Source of the DNA: Cytophagales bacterium
Lineage (GTDB): Bacteria; Bacteroidota; Bacteroidia; Cytophagales; JAAEPT01
Assembly (NCBI GenBank): GCA_965224495.1
Contig: CBDCZI010000025.1
Span: forward strand, 243,495-307,494
Reading direction: 5' to 3'
DNA length: 64,000 nucleotides
Every line of letters begins with the position of its first letter. Position 1 is the first letter of the stretch. The notes under the pieces are model-generated. The model ran no database searches. It worked only from the letters and a program-made list of their open reading frames with translations, and was not told where the DNA came from. Below, one piece after another: positions 1 to 10,290 of this stretch. The position numbers and the translations under genes are program-made.

Positions 1-151
1 TATTCAAGAAGAATCAACGATTAAAAATGCGAACATTAAAAGTTCGATGCTAGGAAGTAAGGTATATTACGAAGGGGTTGCTCAAAATGTAAGTATTGGA
101 GATTATAATGTAATTAAACCTTAATACCAATAGGTAAGGATTATTTAAAAG

Positions 152-1972
152 ATGAGTTTAAAGAAATATCTTTTTATATTATTGATTGGGGGAGCAGTTT
201 GTTCCCCTTTTTCTGTTTTTTCACAAAAGAAGAAACAACAGGATAAGATTGTACTTACTCAAAAAGATTCTTTGCAGTTAGATGTGCTTTTTATTGATGC
301 TACGGCTGAATTTCTAAACGGAAATTTCCGTGATGCCATTAAAACGTATGAAGATGTAAAGAAAAGTTACCCTAACGATGCGACAATTTACCACCAGATT
401 GCAAAATGCCATAATGGTTTAGAGTCCGTGGGAAAGGCAATTCAGCACGAAGAAATAGCGATAGAATTAGCTCCTGAAAACAAATATTACTACCTCTACT
501 TAGCTGAGTTGTACAGAAAAGCCAAGGCGTGGAATGAACTTGCTGTTTGTTATGAGGAAATGCTCAAAAACACCAAAGGAACAGCGAAGTACCATTACGA
601 ATTAGGGCATTTGTATACTTATTTTTTTCAGAGTGAGAAACGTAAATATGTCTATTTAGAAGAAAAACCCAATAACAATTACCTTACCCAACGTATTCCG
701 AAAAAGGAGCGAAAAAAAATGGATAAGCTTGTTGTGAAAGCATTGACTGAATACAAACTGTATGGTGATTTTTTTGGTGTTGATGAAGAGTTAGTACAAG
801 ACCGACAAGAGATTTTAACAAGCTCTGGGCAGGTAGAATTGGCTGTAAAGGAAGGTGAAGTTTTAGTGAACAAATACCCCGAACGAGTGAGTTATGTGAT
901 TAGAAATTCACAGTTATACTCCCGAAATAAGCAATACCAAAAAGCAATAGATTACTTATTGAAAAAACAAAAATCAAAAAATGATTACCGTATCGTATTA
1001 GCATTAATCTCTAATTATGAAAAAATAGGAGCTACCGATAAGGTCAATGAGAATATTAAAGCATTAATAAAAGACAAAACAGCCCCTTTGTCTGGGAAAA
1101 AAGAGCTTTTAATCCAATTGGTGAAATCGGCTAAAGGAGAGGAAGAGATGAAGTATGTTTTGGACTTAGCAAAAAATCTGGAACAATCGCACCCTGAGGA
1201 TAGTCAAACGAAATTTCTCTTGGCAGATATTTATTTCTTTAAAGGAGATATGTCAAATGCTCGAAATACCTATCTTTTGGCACTTGAAAAAGACGGAGCA
1301 AACAACTACGGATGGGAACAAGTATTGAATATTGATGTAAACCAAAATGATTATACAGCGTTAAAAAAAGACGCCTCAAAAGCAGTGTTCCATTTTAAGG
1401 AAGAGGCTATTTTTCATTACTGGTTAGCTACAGCTTATTTGCATCAGAAAGAAAATGAGAAGGCGATTCAAAGTTTCCTTAACGCTTCCGAGCTGACGAA
1501 AAACGCGAAGTTATTGGTGCGGATATATGCTGAAATGGGAGATGCTTACCACCGTATCAAAGCGTTTGATAAGTCAGATAAAGCGTACGAAGAAGCATTG
1601 ATTTATTCGCCAAACAACGCTTATGTGTTAAATAATTACAGTTATTATTTATCCCTTAGAAAAGAACATTTACATAAGGCAAAATCAATGGCTAAACGAT
1701 TGGTCTTATTGAACCCCAACGAACCCGCTTATTTGGATACTTACGGTTGGGTATTGTACCAATTGAAACAGTACAAAGAGGCGAGTTTGTATTTAGAAAA
1801 AGCAGTTTCACAAACCAAAAGCGGTACGATATTCGAGCATTATGGAGATGTGTTGTACCAATTAAATAAGATAGATGACAGTGTCGTTTGGTGGAAGAAA
1901 GCCAAGAAGGCAGGGGTGAAAACTCTTGAAATAGACAAGAAAATTAAAGATAAAAAACTCTATGAAAAATAA
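152..1972 (+). CDS. Secreted tetratricopeptide-repeat (TPR) protein
   Basis: 606-aa ORF with an N-terminal signal peptide (MSLKKYLFILLIGGAVCSPFSVFSQ). Multiple TPR-like 34-aa units (e.g. DKAYEEALIYSPNNAYVLNNYSYYL, YKEASLYLEKAVSQ). First gene of the TPR/DUF4292/M23 triad common in Bacteroidota. Confidence 0.8.
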   Translation: MSLKKYLFILLIGGAVCSPFSVFSQKKKQQDKIVLTQKDSLQLDVLFIDATAEFLNGNFRDAIKTYEDVKKSYPNDATIYHQIAKCHNGLESVGKAIQHEEIAIELAPENKYYYLYLAELYRKAKAWNELAVCYEEMLKNTKGTAKYHYELGHLYTYFFQSEKRKYVYLEEKPNNNYLTQRIPKKERKKMDKLVVKALTEYKLYGDFFGVDEELVQDRQEILTSSGQVELAVKEGEVLVNKYPERVSYVIRNSQLYSRNKQYQKAIDYLLKKQKSKNDYRIVLALISNYEKIGATDKVNENIKALIKDKTAPLSGKKELLIQLVKSAKGEEEMKYVLDLAKNLEQSHPEDSQTKFLLADIYFFKGDMSNARNTYLLALEKDGANNYGWEQVLNIDVNQNDYTALKKDASKAVFHFKEEAIFHYWLATAYLHQKENEKAIQSFLNASELTKNAKLLVRIYAEMGDAYHRIKAFDKSDKAYEEALIYSPNNAYVLNNYSYYLSLRKEHLHKAKSMAKRLVLLNPNEPAYLDTYGWVLYQLKQYKEASLYLEKAVSQTKSGTIFEHYGDVLYQLNKIDDSVVWWKKAKKAGVKTLEIDKKIKDKKLYEK

Positions 1973-2711
1973 AGGTATTTATTTCATTGTATTCCTTTCT
2001 TTGTTGTTGACGGGCTGTAAGACAAATTCTAAAAAAACGGCTTCAAAAATACAGGCTGAAGCGATTGATTTTGATTATTACACTTCTCGTGCAAAAATAA
2101 AAGTCGATAAACAAGGAATGGATTTTTCTGTTTTGATGAATTTGAGAATGCAGAAAGACAAGTTGATTTGGATTAATCTATCAAATACAATGATAGGAAA
2201 GGTCGGTAAATGTAAAATCACACCTGATTCAGTCTTTGTTTTAAGAGATTTTCAGGCAAAGGAGTATTACAAAGGAAGTATCGCTGATTTGAACAAACGC
2301 ATCGGCTATGAGTTGAGCTACGAGATGGTTCAAAAAATATTTTTTGGGGAAATGCCTTTGATGAAATTAGAAGGTTCGACGATAAAAAAAGAAAATGGTG
2401 AATTGATTATTACACAAAAAGAAAGTTTATTTACGTTAGAAAATTACTTGAACCCAAAAACAAAAAAGCTGAATCGTTTAAAGATTTCACAGGTAGGTAA
2501 ATCCGAATATCTGGAGTTGATTTATTCGGATTATGAAAAAGTCGATGGTCGTTTGATTCCTACGGTGATGCACTTGCAAAGTAACTCTAAACGAGGTTTT
2601 TTTAGTGATGTAAATGAGTTAAAGACCAAGTACCAAAAGAATAAATTCACTACCGAAGAGTTGTCATTTCCTTTTAAGGTTACGAGCAGATATGAGTACA
2701 AAAAGATTTAA
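1962..2711 (+). CDS. DUF4292/LolA-like lipoprotein
   Basis: 249-aa ORF with a lipoprotein signal (LSLLLTGC). Overlaps the upstream TPR gene stop. Synteny with the TPR and M23 genes is typical for DUF4292. Confidence 0.6.
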   Translation: MKNKGIYFIVFLSLLLTGCKTNSKKTASKIQAEAIDFDYYTSRAKIKVDKQGMDFSVLMNLRMQKDKLIWINLSNTMIGKVGKCKITPDSVFVLRDFQAKEYYKGSIADLNKRIGYELSYEMVQKIFFGEMPLMKLEGSTIKKENGELIITQKESLFTLENYLNPKTKKLNRLKISQVGKSEYLELIYSDYEKVDGRLIPTVMHLQSNSKRGFFSDVNELKTKYQKNKFTTEELSFPFKVTSRYEYKKI

Positions 2712-3900
2712 AATACTTGTTTTATTTCTGTTGCTTGCAACTGTTTCTTTTTCTCAAAAGAAGTCAAAAAAGCAGTTAGAGAAGGAAAAGAAGGAAATCA
2801 AGGCTAAAATTATAGAGGCTGAAAAAATACTTTCAGAAACACAGAGCAAACAACAAGTTTCTGTAGGAGAGTTGACTGCCCTAAAAAACCTGATCACGGT
2901 TAATACAGCGTATTCCAATACCATAAATGAGGAGTTGACGAATATCAAAAAAGATATCGTGAATATCAAACACAAAATTGGTTCTCTGAATACCGAATTA
3001 GATACTTTGCGGTCAAAATATGCGGAGATGTTGTATGCAACGCAAAAAACAGTAGCTGACCAAGAGCAAATAATTTTCTTGTTTTCGTCGGATAATTACA
3101 ACCAGCTTACCTTGCGAATAAAGTACCTCGAAATGATAAGAAAGGCGAGGAAAGCACAGTATGGTAAAATTATTGACACCAAGAATAAACTCATTAAGCA
3201 AGAGTTGGTTTTAGAAATAAAAACACTTGAAAAACAAAAATCTATTGCAGATTTTAAAGTCGAAAAGGTACGTCTGGATAGCCTCAATAACGAACAATGG
3301 GTAGTAGCTGAATTGTTAGCCGAACAAGAGAAAGGCATACGGAAAGATATCAAAAAATTCCATAAACAACAGCAGAAAATCGACCGACTGATAGAGGCTA
3401 TTATTAAGGCAGAAATAGCACGTAAAAAAAGGTTAGAAAAAACACGTGCTTTAGCTGAGCATAAAAAAACACGTATCAACAGTAAAAACTTTGCTTCTAA
3501 TCGAGGGAAACTTTCGTGGCCAGTAGATAAGGGGTTTGTTTCTCGTAAATTTGGGATGCAAGCACACCCAACCATTCCTGGTATTAAGGTAAATAACCCT
3601 GGTATTGGTCTGCAAACCCAAAAGGGAGCGTCTGTAAAAGCGGTGTTTCAAGGGACGGTAATGACGGTGGCAGAAATTCCTGGTTCAGGAAAATTAGTGA
3701 TGCTTTCACACGGAAATTATTATACGGTTTATAGTAAATTGAAAACAGTAACCGTTAAAAAAGGAGATATCGTAGCTTACCGACAAGTAGTCGGCACAGT
3801 AAGTACTTCTCGTAAAGGGGTAACTGAGTTGGGGTTTCAGATTTGGAAAGAGATGAAAAAAGAAAACCCAGAATATTGGTTAAATAAAACTAAAAAATAA
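2692..3900 (+). CDS. EnvC-like coiled-coil protein with degenerate LytM (M23) domain, a probable murein hydrolase activator
   Basis: Signal peptide, then about 250 aa of heptad-rich coiled coil, then a C-terminal LytM fold (LSHGNYYTVYSKL...GDIVAYRQVVGTV). Both metal-ligand motifs are replaced: NPGIGLQ instead of HxGID, and ELGFQIW instead of HLHFE. Confidence 0.75.
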   Translation: MSTKRFKILVLFLLLATVSFSQKKSKKQLEKEKKEIKAKIIEAEKILSETQSKQQVSVGELTALKNLITVNTAYSNTINEELTNIKKDIVNIKHKIGSLNTELDTLRSKYAEMLYATQKTVADQEQIIFLFSSDNYNQLTLRIKYLEMIRKARKAQYGKIIDTKNKLIKQELVLEIKTLEKQKSIADFKVEKVRLDSLNNEQWVVAELLAEQEKGIRKDIKKFHKQQQKIDRLIEAIIKAEIARKKRLEKTRALAEHKKTRINSKNFASNRGKLSWPVDKGFVSRKFGMQAHPTIPGIKVNNPGIGLQTQKGASVKAVFQGTVMTVAEIPGSGKLVMLSHGNYYTVYSKLKTVTVKKGDIVAYRQVVGTVSTSRKGVTELGFQIWKEMKKENPEYWLNKTKK

Positions 3901-3932
3901 CGATTTAAATCAAATTGACCGATGACAAGCAT

Positions 3933-4943
3933 ATGAAATTTCAAGAGAACTACAATTTACAAGCATTGAATACTTTTGGGTTAGCTTGTGTTGCTAAACG
4001 TTTTTTAAGAGTAGAGTCAGTAGATGAATTGCTTGGGTTTCTTGAAAACTACAACAAAGAATCCTTGTTGATTTTAGGTGGAGGAAGTAATCTTTTGTTT
4101 ACTCAAAACTTTGAAGGTACGGTCTTGAAAAATGAAATCAAAGGCATTGAGGTCGTCAAAGAGGATGATGAAAACATTTGGTTAAAAGTAGGGGCTGGAG
4201 AGGTTTGGCACGATTTGGTCCTTCATTGCGTGGCTGAAAATTGGTCGGGGATAGAAAATTTATCACTTATACCAGGAACAGTTGGGGCTTCGCCTATTCA
4301 AAATATTGGAGCGTATGGTGTTGAAGCAAAAGATGTAATACAAACCGTTGAAACCATTAATATAGCGACACAAGTAAAGCGAGTTTTTGAAGCAGGGGAA
4401 TGTCAATTTGGTTATAGAGACAGTGTTTTTAAAAGGGAGTTAAAAGGACAGCTTGTTATTACTTCGGTTGTATTTAAACTTAATAAAAATGCAGATATAA
4501 ATATTTCTTATGGAGCGATACAATTGGTGTTGGACGAAAAAGGGATAATAAAACCTACAATTAAAGATGTTAGTGATACGATTATAAGTATCCGTCAAAG
4601 TAAATTACCCAACCCAAAAGAGATAGGTAACGCAGGGAGCTTTTTTAAAAACCCTGTAATCTCAATGGAACTATATAACCAGCTTAAGATCTCTCACCCG
4701 AAAATACCAGGTTATCCGATTGATGAAAAAACGATAAAAATTCCTGCTGGATGGTTGATAGAACAAGCAGGATGGAAAGGGAAAGTTATCGGAGAGATAG
4801 GTGTACACAAAAACCAAGCGTTGGTATTGGTTAATTATGGAAACGGCTCAGGTAAAGAACTCAAAAAGTTAGCGTTTGAAATAAAAGACGACGTTTTCAG
4901 TAAATTTAACGTAGAGATAGTACCAGAGGTAAATATTCTCTAA
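3933..4943 (+). CDS. murB: UDP-N-acetylenolpyruvoylglucosamine reductase
   Basis: FAD-binding PCMH-type N-terminus (LILGGGSNLLF) and the MurB C-terminal motif (GNAGSFFKNP...AGWLIEQAGWKG). The track ORF starts at TTG 3915; the first ATG is 3933. Confidence 0.9.
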   Translation: MKFQENYNLQALNTFGLACVAKRFLRVESVDELLGFLENYNKESLLILGGGSNLLFTQNFEGTVLKNEIKGIEVVKEDDENIWLKVGAGEVWHDLVLHCVAENWSGIENLSLIPGTVGASPIQNIGAYGVEAKDVIQTVETINIATQVKRVFEAGECQFGYRDSVFKRELKGQLVITSVVFKLNKNADINISYGAIQLVLDEKGIIKPTIKDVSDTIISIRQSKLPNPKEIGNAGSFFKNPVISMELYNQLKISHPKIPGYPIDEKTIKIPAGWLIEQAGWKGKVIGEIGVHKNQALVLVNYGNGSGKELKKLAFEIKDDVFSKFNVEIVPEVNIL

Positions 4944-4945
4944 CT

Positions 4946-5257
4946 ATGTTAAGTACCCTCAATCATTACCAGCGTATACGCAAGCACAACGATGAATTAG
5001 TGTTAAAAATGGAGTATCAAGATGATGCTGTATTGTTTTTACTAAAAGAAAACACGAAATTCAGTTCTCAATTGCCTTTTGAAATTTCTTTTTTAGTAAA
5101 AGGAAAGCAAACGGTTTACACTTTGATAAAAAGCAGGGAGCTGTTTGACGAAGAGTTTATCCGAAAAGCGATAAACAGTACCGAACAGCAACTCCTTAAA
5201 GGACTTGTGAATAGCTATATTGAAATAGAAGAAACCTTTTTTAAGGAAAACAGTTAG
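4946..5257 (+). CDS. Hypothetical protein (103 aa)
   Basis: ORF begins 2 nt after the murB stop. No recognisable motif. Confidence 0.45.
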   Translation: MLSTLNHYQRIRKHNDELVLKMEYQDDAVLFLLKENTKFSSQLPFEISFLVKGKQTVYTLIKSRELFDEEFIRKAINSTEQQLLKGLVNSYIEIEETFFKENS

Positions 5258-5365
5258 TTATCTTCTGAAAAACACAAAATATACAATGATAAAGGTAATA
5301 GTGACGAGGTACATGACTAAATCTACCCGTAGATAGTCTTTGTATTTATTGAAAAATTGCTTCAT
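5258..5365 (-). CDS. Possible 35-aa single-pass membrane microprotein
   Basis: Translated by hand: ATG at 5365, stop at 5258-5260, giving MKQFFNKYKDYLRVDLVMYLVTITFIIVYFVFFRR. One hydrophobic helix flanked by basic residues. Lies 13 nt downstream of the RHH gene on the same strand. It is below the length shown in the ORF track. Confidence 0.25.
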   Translation of the reverse strand: MKQFFNKYKDYLRVDLVMYLVTITFIIVYFVFFRR

Positions 5366-5378
5366 TGAGTAGTAAACG

Positions 5379-5582
5379 TTAAAACAACTCGGTTTGTTCG
5401 CGTTGAATATCGAGGTCTTTGTCTCTGATTACGCCTTTTGTCATATTAAGTACCAAATCGGGAATAGACATACCTAACTTTTTAGCCACAGCTTTAATCA
5501 AATCTTTTTCAGATTCTGAAATTTGGAGAACTAACCGTTGAGTTCTTCCGCCACGTACTTTTTTTGGTCTTCCTGCGCTCAT
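5379..5582 (-). CDS. Small ribbon-helix-helix (CopG/MetJ-like) DNA-binding protein
   Basis: 67 aa. Basic N-terminus (GRPKKVRGGRTQR), then a beta-strand/helix/helix pattern (LVLQISESEKDLIKAVAKKLGMSIPDLVLNM) typical of RHH proteins. Confidence 0.5.
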   Translation of the reverse strand: MSAGRPKKVRGGRTQRLVLQISESEKDLIKAVAKKLGMSIPDLVLNMTKGVIRDKDLDIQREQTELF

Positions 5583-5920
5583 TTATAGTGCAAATATACA
5601 AAAATCTTACCATGCTTAAAAATAGAATATAAGTGGTTTTTTAGTGAAGAAATAGATAGGATTTAAATCACTTATAAAATGGCTAATATCTTCGTGTTTT
5701 GAAAGATGAGGTTTGTCATTTGAAAAGCTGGTTAATGGTAGTAGTTGGCTTATCTACGGTTTGAAAATAAAAAATAGTATTTAATTAGCAAAAATATATT
5801 TTTTATAAAGTAGCGTCTAATGTATACTTAATCATAGCGTTACGGGTATTTTTGTTTGTTTCTAGTAATGGTATAATTGCCAAAGCGACTTAGCGAGTAT
5901 GTATAGTTGTGCACATTGTG

Positions 5921-5928
5921 TATTTTTG
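5921..5928 (+). promoter_or_regulatory. Candidate Bacteroidota -7 promoter box (TATTTTTG) for sucA
   Basis: Matches the TAnnTTTG consensus, 22 nt upstream of the sucA ATG in an AT-rich 370-bp intergenic region. Confidence 0.3.
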
Positions 5929-5949
5929 TATAAGTTAAATTAATAAAGG

Positions 5950-8712
5950 ATGGACAAATATTCTTACATAGCTAATGCTCACGGTAATTATATCGAGGAG
6001 TTATATGCAGATTATCAGAAAGACCCAAGCGCTGTTGACGAGAGTTGGCAAAAGTTTTTTGAAGGATTTGAATTTCAAGAAACGCAGTTTGGAGGAAATG
6101 GAGCTACGTCTTCGCCTGTTTCGGCGAACGATAAAGAAGTGAGCGTTTACCGTTTGATTCGTGCGTACCGTTCTAGAGGGCATTTGCGTTCGACGACAAA
6201 CCCTGTTCGCCAGAGAAAAGACCGTAACCCAGGGTTAGACTTGGAGGATTATAACTTGACTTCGGCAGATTTAGATTCGGTTTTTAATGTAGGAACTGAA
6301 ATTGGAATTGGTGCGGCGACGTTGAGAGATATTATTGCTGGATTGAAAAAAATCTACGAGGGGAATATCGGGTTTGAGTACATGTATATCAGACACCGTG
6401 ACCGTCAGGAGTGGTTTCGTCAACGTATTGAGAAAAAATCGTTGAACTACAAGCCAAAGCCTGATAATGTCAAAAGAATATTATCAAAATTGAATGAGGC
6501 AGTTGTTTTTGAAAACTTCTTGCACACAAAATATATTGGACAAAAACGTTTTTCTCTTGAGGGAGGGGAAACGACTATTCCTGCTTTAGATGCCTTGATT
6601 CAAAAAGGAGCTGAAGTTGGTGTAGAAGAATTTGTTATTGGAATGGCACACCGTGGTCGTTTAAATATTCTTTGTAATATCATGGGTAAAACCTATGAGC
6701 AAATATTTAACGAATTTGAAGGTGCTGCACCAGACTCTACAATGGGAGATGGTGATGTGAAATACCACATGGGCTTTTCATCAGTTCAAAAAACAACTTC
6801 TGGAAAAGAAGTGATGCTGAAATTGATGCCCAACCCTTCGCACCTTGAAGCGGTAAACCCTGTGGTTGAAGGTTACGCTCGTTCTAAAATAGAGCGTTTG
6901 TATAACAATGACGCAACCAAAGTTTGTCCGATATTAATACACGGTGATGCAGCAGTTGCTGGTCAAGGTATTGTTTATGAGGTGACTCAAATGCAGAAAT
7001 TATCGGGTTACAAAACAGGTGGTACGATTCACTTTGTTATTAACAACCAGGTTGGTTTCACGACTGATTTTGAAGATGCTCGTTCTTCTATTTACTGTAC
7101 AGATGTTGCAAAAGTAATTGACGCACCAGTTTTTCACGTGAATGGAGATGATCCAGAAGCGGTTGTTTTCTGTATGAAATTGGCGATGGAATACCGTCAG
7201 AAATTTGAGCGTGATGTCTTTATCGATATGGTTTGTTACCGTCGTCATGGACACAATGAAGCTGATGAACCAAAGTTTACTCAGCCTACTTTATATAACG
7301 TTATTTCTAAACACAGTAACCCTCGTGAGATTTACAGTAAAATGTTGATTGACCGTGGAGATATTCAAGCTGACTTGGCAAAGCAAATGGACAAAGAGTT
7401 CCGTGCATTGTTACAAGACCGCTTGAATATGGTGAAACAGAAAACCTTAGCTTATAAGTTTCAAGACACTGAAAAAGAGTGGAAAACTTTAACTAAAGCT
7501 GTCCCTGCTGATTTTGAAAATTCTCCTGACACGTCTATTCCTAAATCGGCTATTGACAAAGTAGGCAAAGCATTAACTACTTTGCCTGATGGTTTTAAAC
7601 CAATTAAGCAAATTGACAGGTTATTCAAAACAAGGAGAACACAATTTGAAGACACACGTGTCTTTGATTGGGCAGCTGCCGAGTTAATGGCTTATGGTTC
7701 TTTAATGTTGGAAGGACACAAAGTACGTTTGTCTGGTCAAGATGTACAACGTGGTACATTCTCTCATCGTCACGCAGTGATAAAAGATGCAGAAACTAAC
7801 CAAGGTTACAATAGTTTAAATGCCTTAGAGACAGAAATTAAATTTGATGTTTTTAACTCCTTCTTATCAGAATACGGAGTATTAGGTTTTGAATACGGGT
7901 ATGCAATGGCTGACCCTAATGTATTGACTATTTGGGAAGCTCAATTTGGAGATTTTGCCAATGGTGCACAAACGATGATTGACCAATTTATTGCTTCTGG
8001 CGAAACAAAATGGAGAAGAATGAATGGTTTGGTGATGCAATTGCCTCACGGTCAAGAAGGACAAGGGCCTGAACATTCGTCTGCTCGTTTAGAGCGTTTC
8101 TTGAAAGGTTGTGCTGATTACAATAATGTAGTGATTAACCCTACAACACCTGCCAATCAATTTCACGCATTGAGAAGACAATTGAAATGGAACTTTAGAA
8201 AGCCATTGATTATTATGTCTCCAAAATCATTGTTACGTCACCCAGCAGTGGTTTCTCCTGAAGTAGATTTTACAAAAGGAAAATTCCAAGAGGTTATTGA
8301 TGATGCTACAGTAAAAGCGAAAGACGTAAAACGTATCCTTTTCTGTTCTGGAAAAGTGTATTACGATTTGGCTGAAGAGCAAGCAAAAGGAAAACGTAAA
8401 GATGTTGCTATTGTTCGTTTAGAGCAGTTGTATCCTTTCCCATATACTAAAATTGATGAAGTATTAGAAAAATACTCAAATCATACAGAAATTGCTTGGG
8501 TACAAGATGAGCCTTATAACGCTGGTGCTTGGGGATTCATTTTAAGAGCACTTTACGATCATCATATTAATGTAATGGATGTGAAAGTGATTGCAAGAGA
8601 CGAATCATCTTCTCCTGCGGTTGGTTACATGAAAACTTTCAAGGCAATTCAACAAGAATTGGTAGAAGAAGCTTTTGGTAAATTCGAAAAGAAAAAAAGA
8701 GTAAAAAAATAA
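5950..8712 (+). CDS. sucA: 2-oxoglutarate dehydrogenase E1 component
   Basis: 920 aa. ThDP-binding region (GDAAVAGQGIVYE...NNQVGFTT), the HRHGHNEADEP motif, and the transketolase-like C-terminal half. Confidence 0.95.
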   Translation: MDKYSYIANAHGNYIEELYADYQKDPSAVDESWQKFFEGFEFQETQFGGNGATSSPVSANDKEVSVYRLIRAYRSRGHLRSTTNPVRQRKDRNPGLDLEDYNLTSADLDSVFNVGTEIGIGAATLRDIIAGLKKIYEGNIGFEYMYIRHRDRQEWFRQRIEKKSLNYKPKPDNVKRILSKLNEAVVFENFLHTKYIGQKRFSLEGGETTIPALDALIQKGAEVGVEEFVIGMAHRGRLNILCNIMGKTYEQIFNEFEGAAPDSTMGDGDVKYHMGFSSVQKTTSGKEVMLKLMPNPSHLEAVNPVVEGYARSKIERLYNNDATKVCPILIHGDAAVAGQGIVYEVTQMQKLSGYKTGGTIHFVINNQVGFTTDFEDARSSIYCTDVAKVIDAPVFHVNGDDPEAVVFCMKLAMEYRQKFERDVFIDMVCYRRHGHNEADEPKFTQPTLYNVISKHSNPREIYSKMLIDRGDIQADLAKQMDKEFRALLQDRLNMVKQKTLAYKFQDTEKEWKTLTKAVPADFENSPDTSIPKSAIDKVGKALTTLPDGFKPIKQIDRLFKTRRTQFEDTRVFDWAAAELMAYGSLMLEGHKVRLSGQDVQRGTFSHRHAVIKDAETNQGYNSLNALETEIKFDVFNSFLSEYGVLGFEYGYAMADPNVLTIWEAQFGDFANGAQTMIDQFIASGETKWRRMNGLVMQLPHGQEGQGPEHSSARLERFLKGCADYNNVVINPTTPANQFHALRRQLKWNFRKPLIIMSPKSLLRHPAVVSPEVDFTKGKFQEVIDDATVKAKDVKRILFCSGKVYYDLAEEQAKGKRKDVAIVRLEQLYPFPYTKIDEVLEKYSNHTEIAWVQDEPYNAGAWGFILRALYDHHINVMDVKVIARDESSSPAVGYMKTFKAIQQELVEEAFGKFEKKKRVKK

Positions 8713-8754
8713 ACGGCACTGAATTATTCAGTACTGTATTTATATAACATTCAT

Positions 8755-8778
8755 GTCCTCTGTGTTTGCACAGAGGAC
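8755..8778 (+). promoter_or_regulatory. Perfect 10-bp hairpin in the sucA-sucB spacer
   Basis: GTCCTCTGTG-TTTG-CACAGAGGAC with no following U-tract. Possibly an mRNA processing or stability element rather than a terminator. Confidence 0.4.
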
Positions 8779-8792
8779 TAAATACTAAAAAA

Positions 8793-10280
8793 ATGGCATT
8801 AGAAATGAAAATCCCTGCTGTCGGGGAATCGATAACAGAAGTAACTATCGCACAATGGATGAAAGCGGATGGTGATTTTGTTGAAATGGATGAAATTATT
8901 TGCGAGTTAGAGTCTGACAAAGCAACTTTCGAGTTGAATGCAGAAACTTCTGGTATTTTAAGAATTAAGGCTGCCGAAGGTGAAGATGTAGAAATCGGAG
9001 CAGTCGTTTGTGTAATTGAAGAAGGAGAAGGCGTTGCCTCAGCACCTACACCAGTAGCGTCATCTACAGAAGGACCAGCTGCAACAGGTCAAACAATTGA
9101 AATGATTGTCCCTACTGTGGGAGAATCAATTACGGAAGTAACCGTTTCTAACTGGACAAAATCAGATGGTGATTTTGTTGAAATGGACGAAATAATTTGT
9201 GAGTTAGAATCAGATAAAGCGACTTTTGAATTGAACGCAGAAGCTCAAGGTATTTTGAGAATTGTTGGTCAAGAAGGAGATGATTTAGAAATCGGAGCTG
9301 TGATCTGTAAAATTGAAGTGATGGAAGGAGCTGCACCAACAACTACAGCATCTGCTTCAGCACCTACAAGTGCACCAACTACAGGTTCTTCTCACGCTAC
9401 GGGTCACCCTTCTCCTGCTGCTGGGAAAATCTTAGCTGAAAAAGGTATCGCTGCATCAGCAGTTACTGGAACAGGTGTTGGAGGAAGAATTACTAAAGAA
9501 GATGCAATGTCAGCTAAAAAAACGGTTCCTGTTGCTTCTAAATCTTCTGCTCCTACAGCAGTTGCAGCTCCAGTTGGAGATAGAAATACTCGAAGAGAAA
9601 AGATGTCTAAGCTTCGTAAAACTATTGCCAAACGTTTGGTGACAGTAAAAAACGAAACAGCTATGTTGACTACTTTCAATGAAGTAGATATGCAACCTAT
9701 TATGGATTTGCGTAAGCAGTACAAAGATATGTTTAAGGAAAAAAATGAAGTGAACTTAGGTTTCATGTCATTCTTTACGAAAGCATCTGCTATTGCTCTT
9801 CAAGAATGGCCTGCTGTTAATGCGTTTATCGATGGAGAAGAAATAGTTTACAACGACTATGCTGACATTTCTATCGCTGTATCTGCACCAAAAGGGTTGG
9901 TAGTACCAGTAATCAGAAATGCTGAAAAATTGACTTTCGCAGGAATTGAAAAAGAAGTTGTTCGTTTGGCTCTTAAAGCTCGTGCAGGAAAACTTTCAAT
10001 CGCAGAAATGAACGGAGGTACTTTCACAATTACAAACGGAGGTATCTTTGGTTCTATGTTATCGACACCTATTATCAACGCTCCACAGTCAGCGATTTTA
10101 GGAATGCACAACATTGTTCAAAGACCAGTAGCAATTAACGGAAAAGTAGAAATCAGACCAATTATGTATTTGGCTCTTTCTTACGATCACCGTATCATCG
10201 ACGGAAAAGAATCTGTTTCTTTCTTAAAAAGAGTAAAGGAATTGTTAGAAGATCCTTCGAGAATGCTTCTTGAAATATAA
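8793..10280 (+). CDS. sucB: Dihydrolipoyllysine-residue succinyltransferase (E2o) with two tandem lipoyl domains
   Basis: Two lipoyl domains each carry the ELESDKA lipoyl-lysine motif. Ala/Pro/Thr linkers, a peripheral subunit-binding domain ([13 protein letters not shown]) and a catalytic domain with DHRIIDG follow. The track ORF starts upstream at a non-ATG codon; the ATG at 8793 gives MALEMKIP. Confidence 0.95.
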   Translation: MALEMKIPAVGESITEVTIAQWMKADGDFVEMDEIICELESDKATFELNAETSGILRIKAAEGEDVEIGAVVCVIEEGEGVASAPTPVASSTEGPAATGQTIEMIVPTVGESITEVTVSNWTKSDGDFVEMDEIICELESDKATFELNAEAQGILRIVGQEGDDLEIGAVICKIEVMEGAAPTTTASASAPTSAPTTGSSHATGHPSPAAGKILAEKGIAASAVTGTGVGGRITKEDAMSAKKTVPVASKSSAPTAVAAPVGDRNTRREKMSKLRKTIAKRLVTVKNETAMLTTFNEVDMQPIMDLRKQYKDMFKEKNEVNLGFMSFFTKASAIALQEWPAVNAFIDGEEIVYNDYADISIAVSAPKGLVVPVIRNAEKLTFAGIEKEVVRLALKARAGKLSIAEMNGGTFTITNGGIFGSMLSTPIINAPQSAILGMHNIVQRPVAINGKVEIRPIMYLALSYDHRIIDGKESVSFLKRVKELLEDPSRMLLEI

Positions 10281-10290
10281 TTGAGATAAA

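Noticed and set aside
3096-3575. 159-aa antisense ORF within the M23/EnvC-like gene.
   Set aside because: It is the mirror of the Lys/Glu-rich coiled-coil coding region. It has no start context or motif.
8639-8920. 93-aa minus-strand ORF bridging the sucA-sucB junction.
   Set aside because: It overlaps the ends of two confidently called genes and the spacer hairpin. There is no support.
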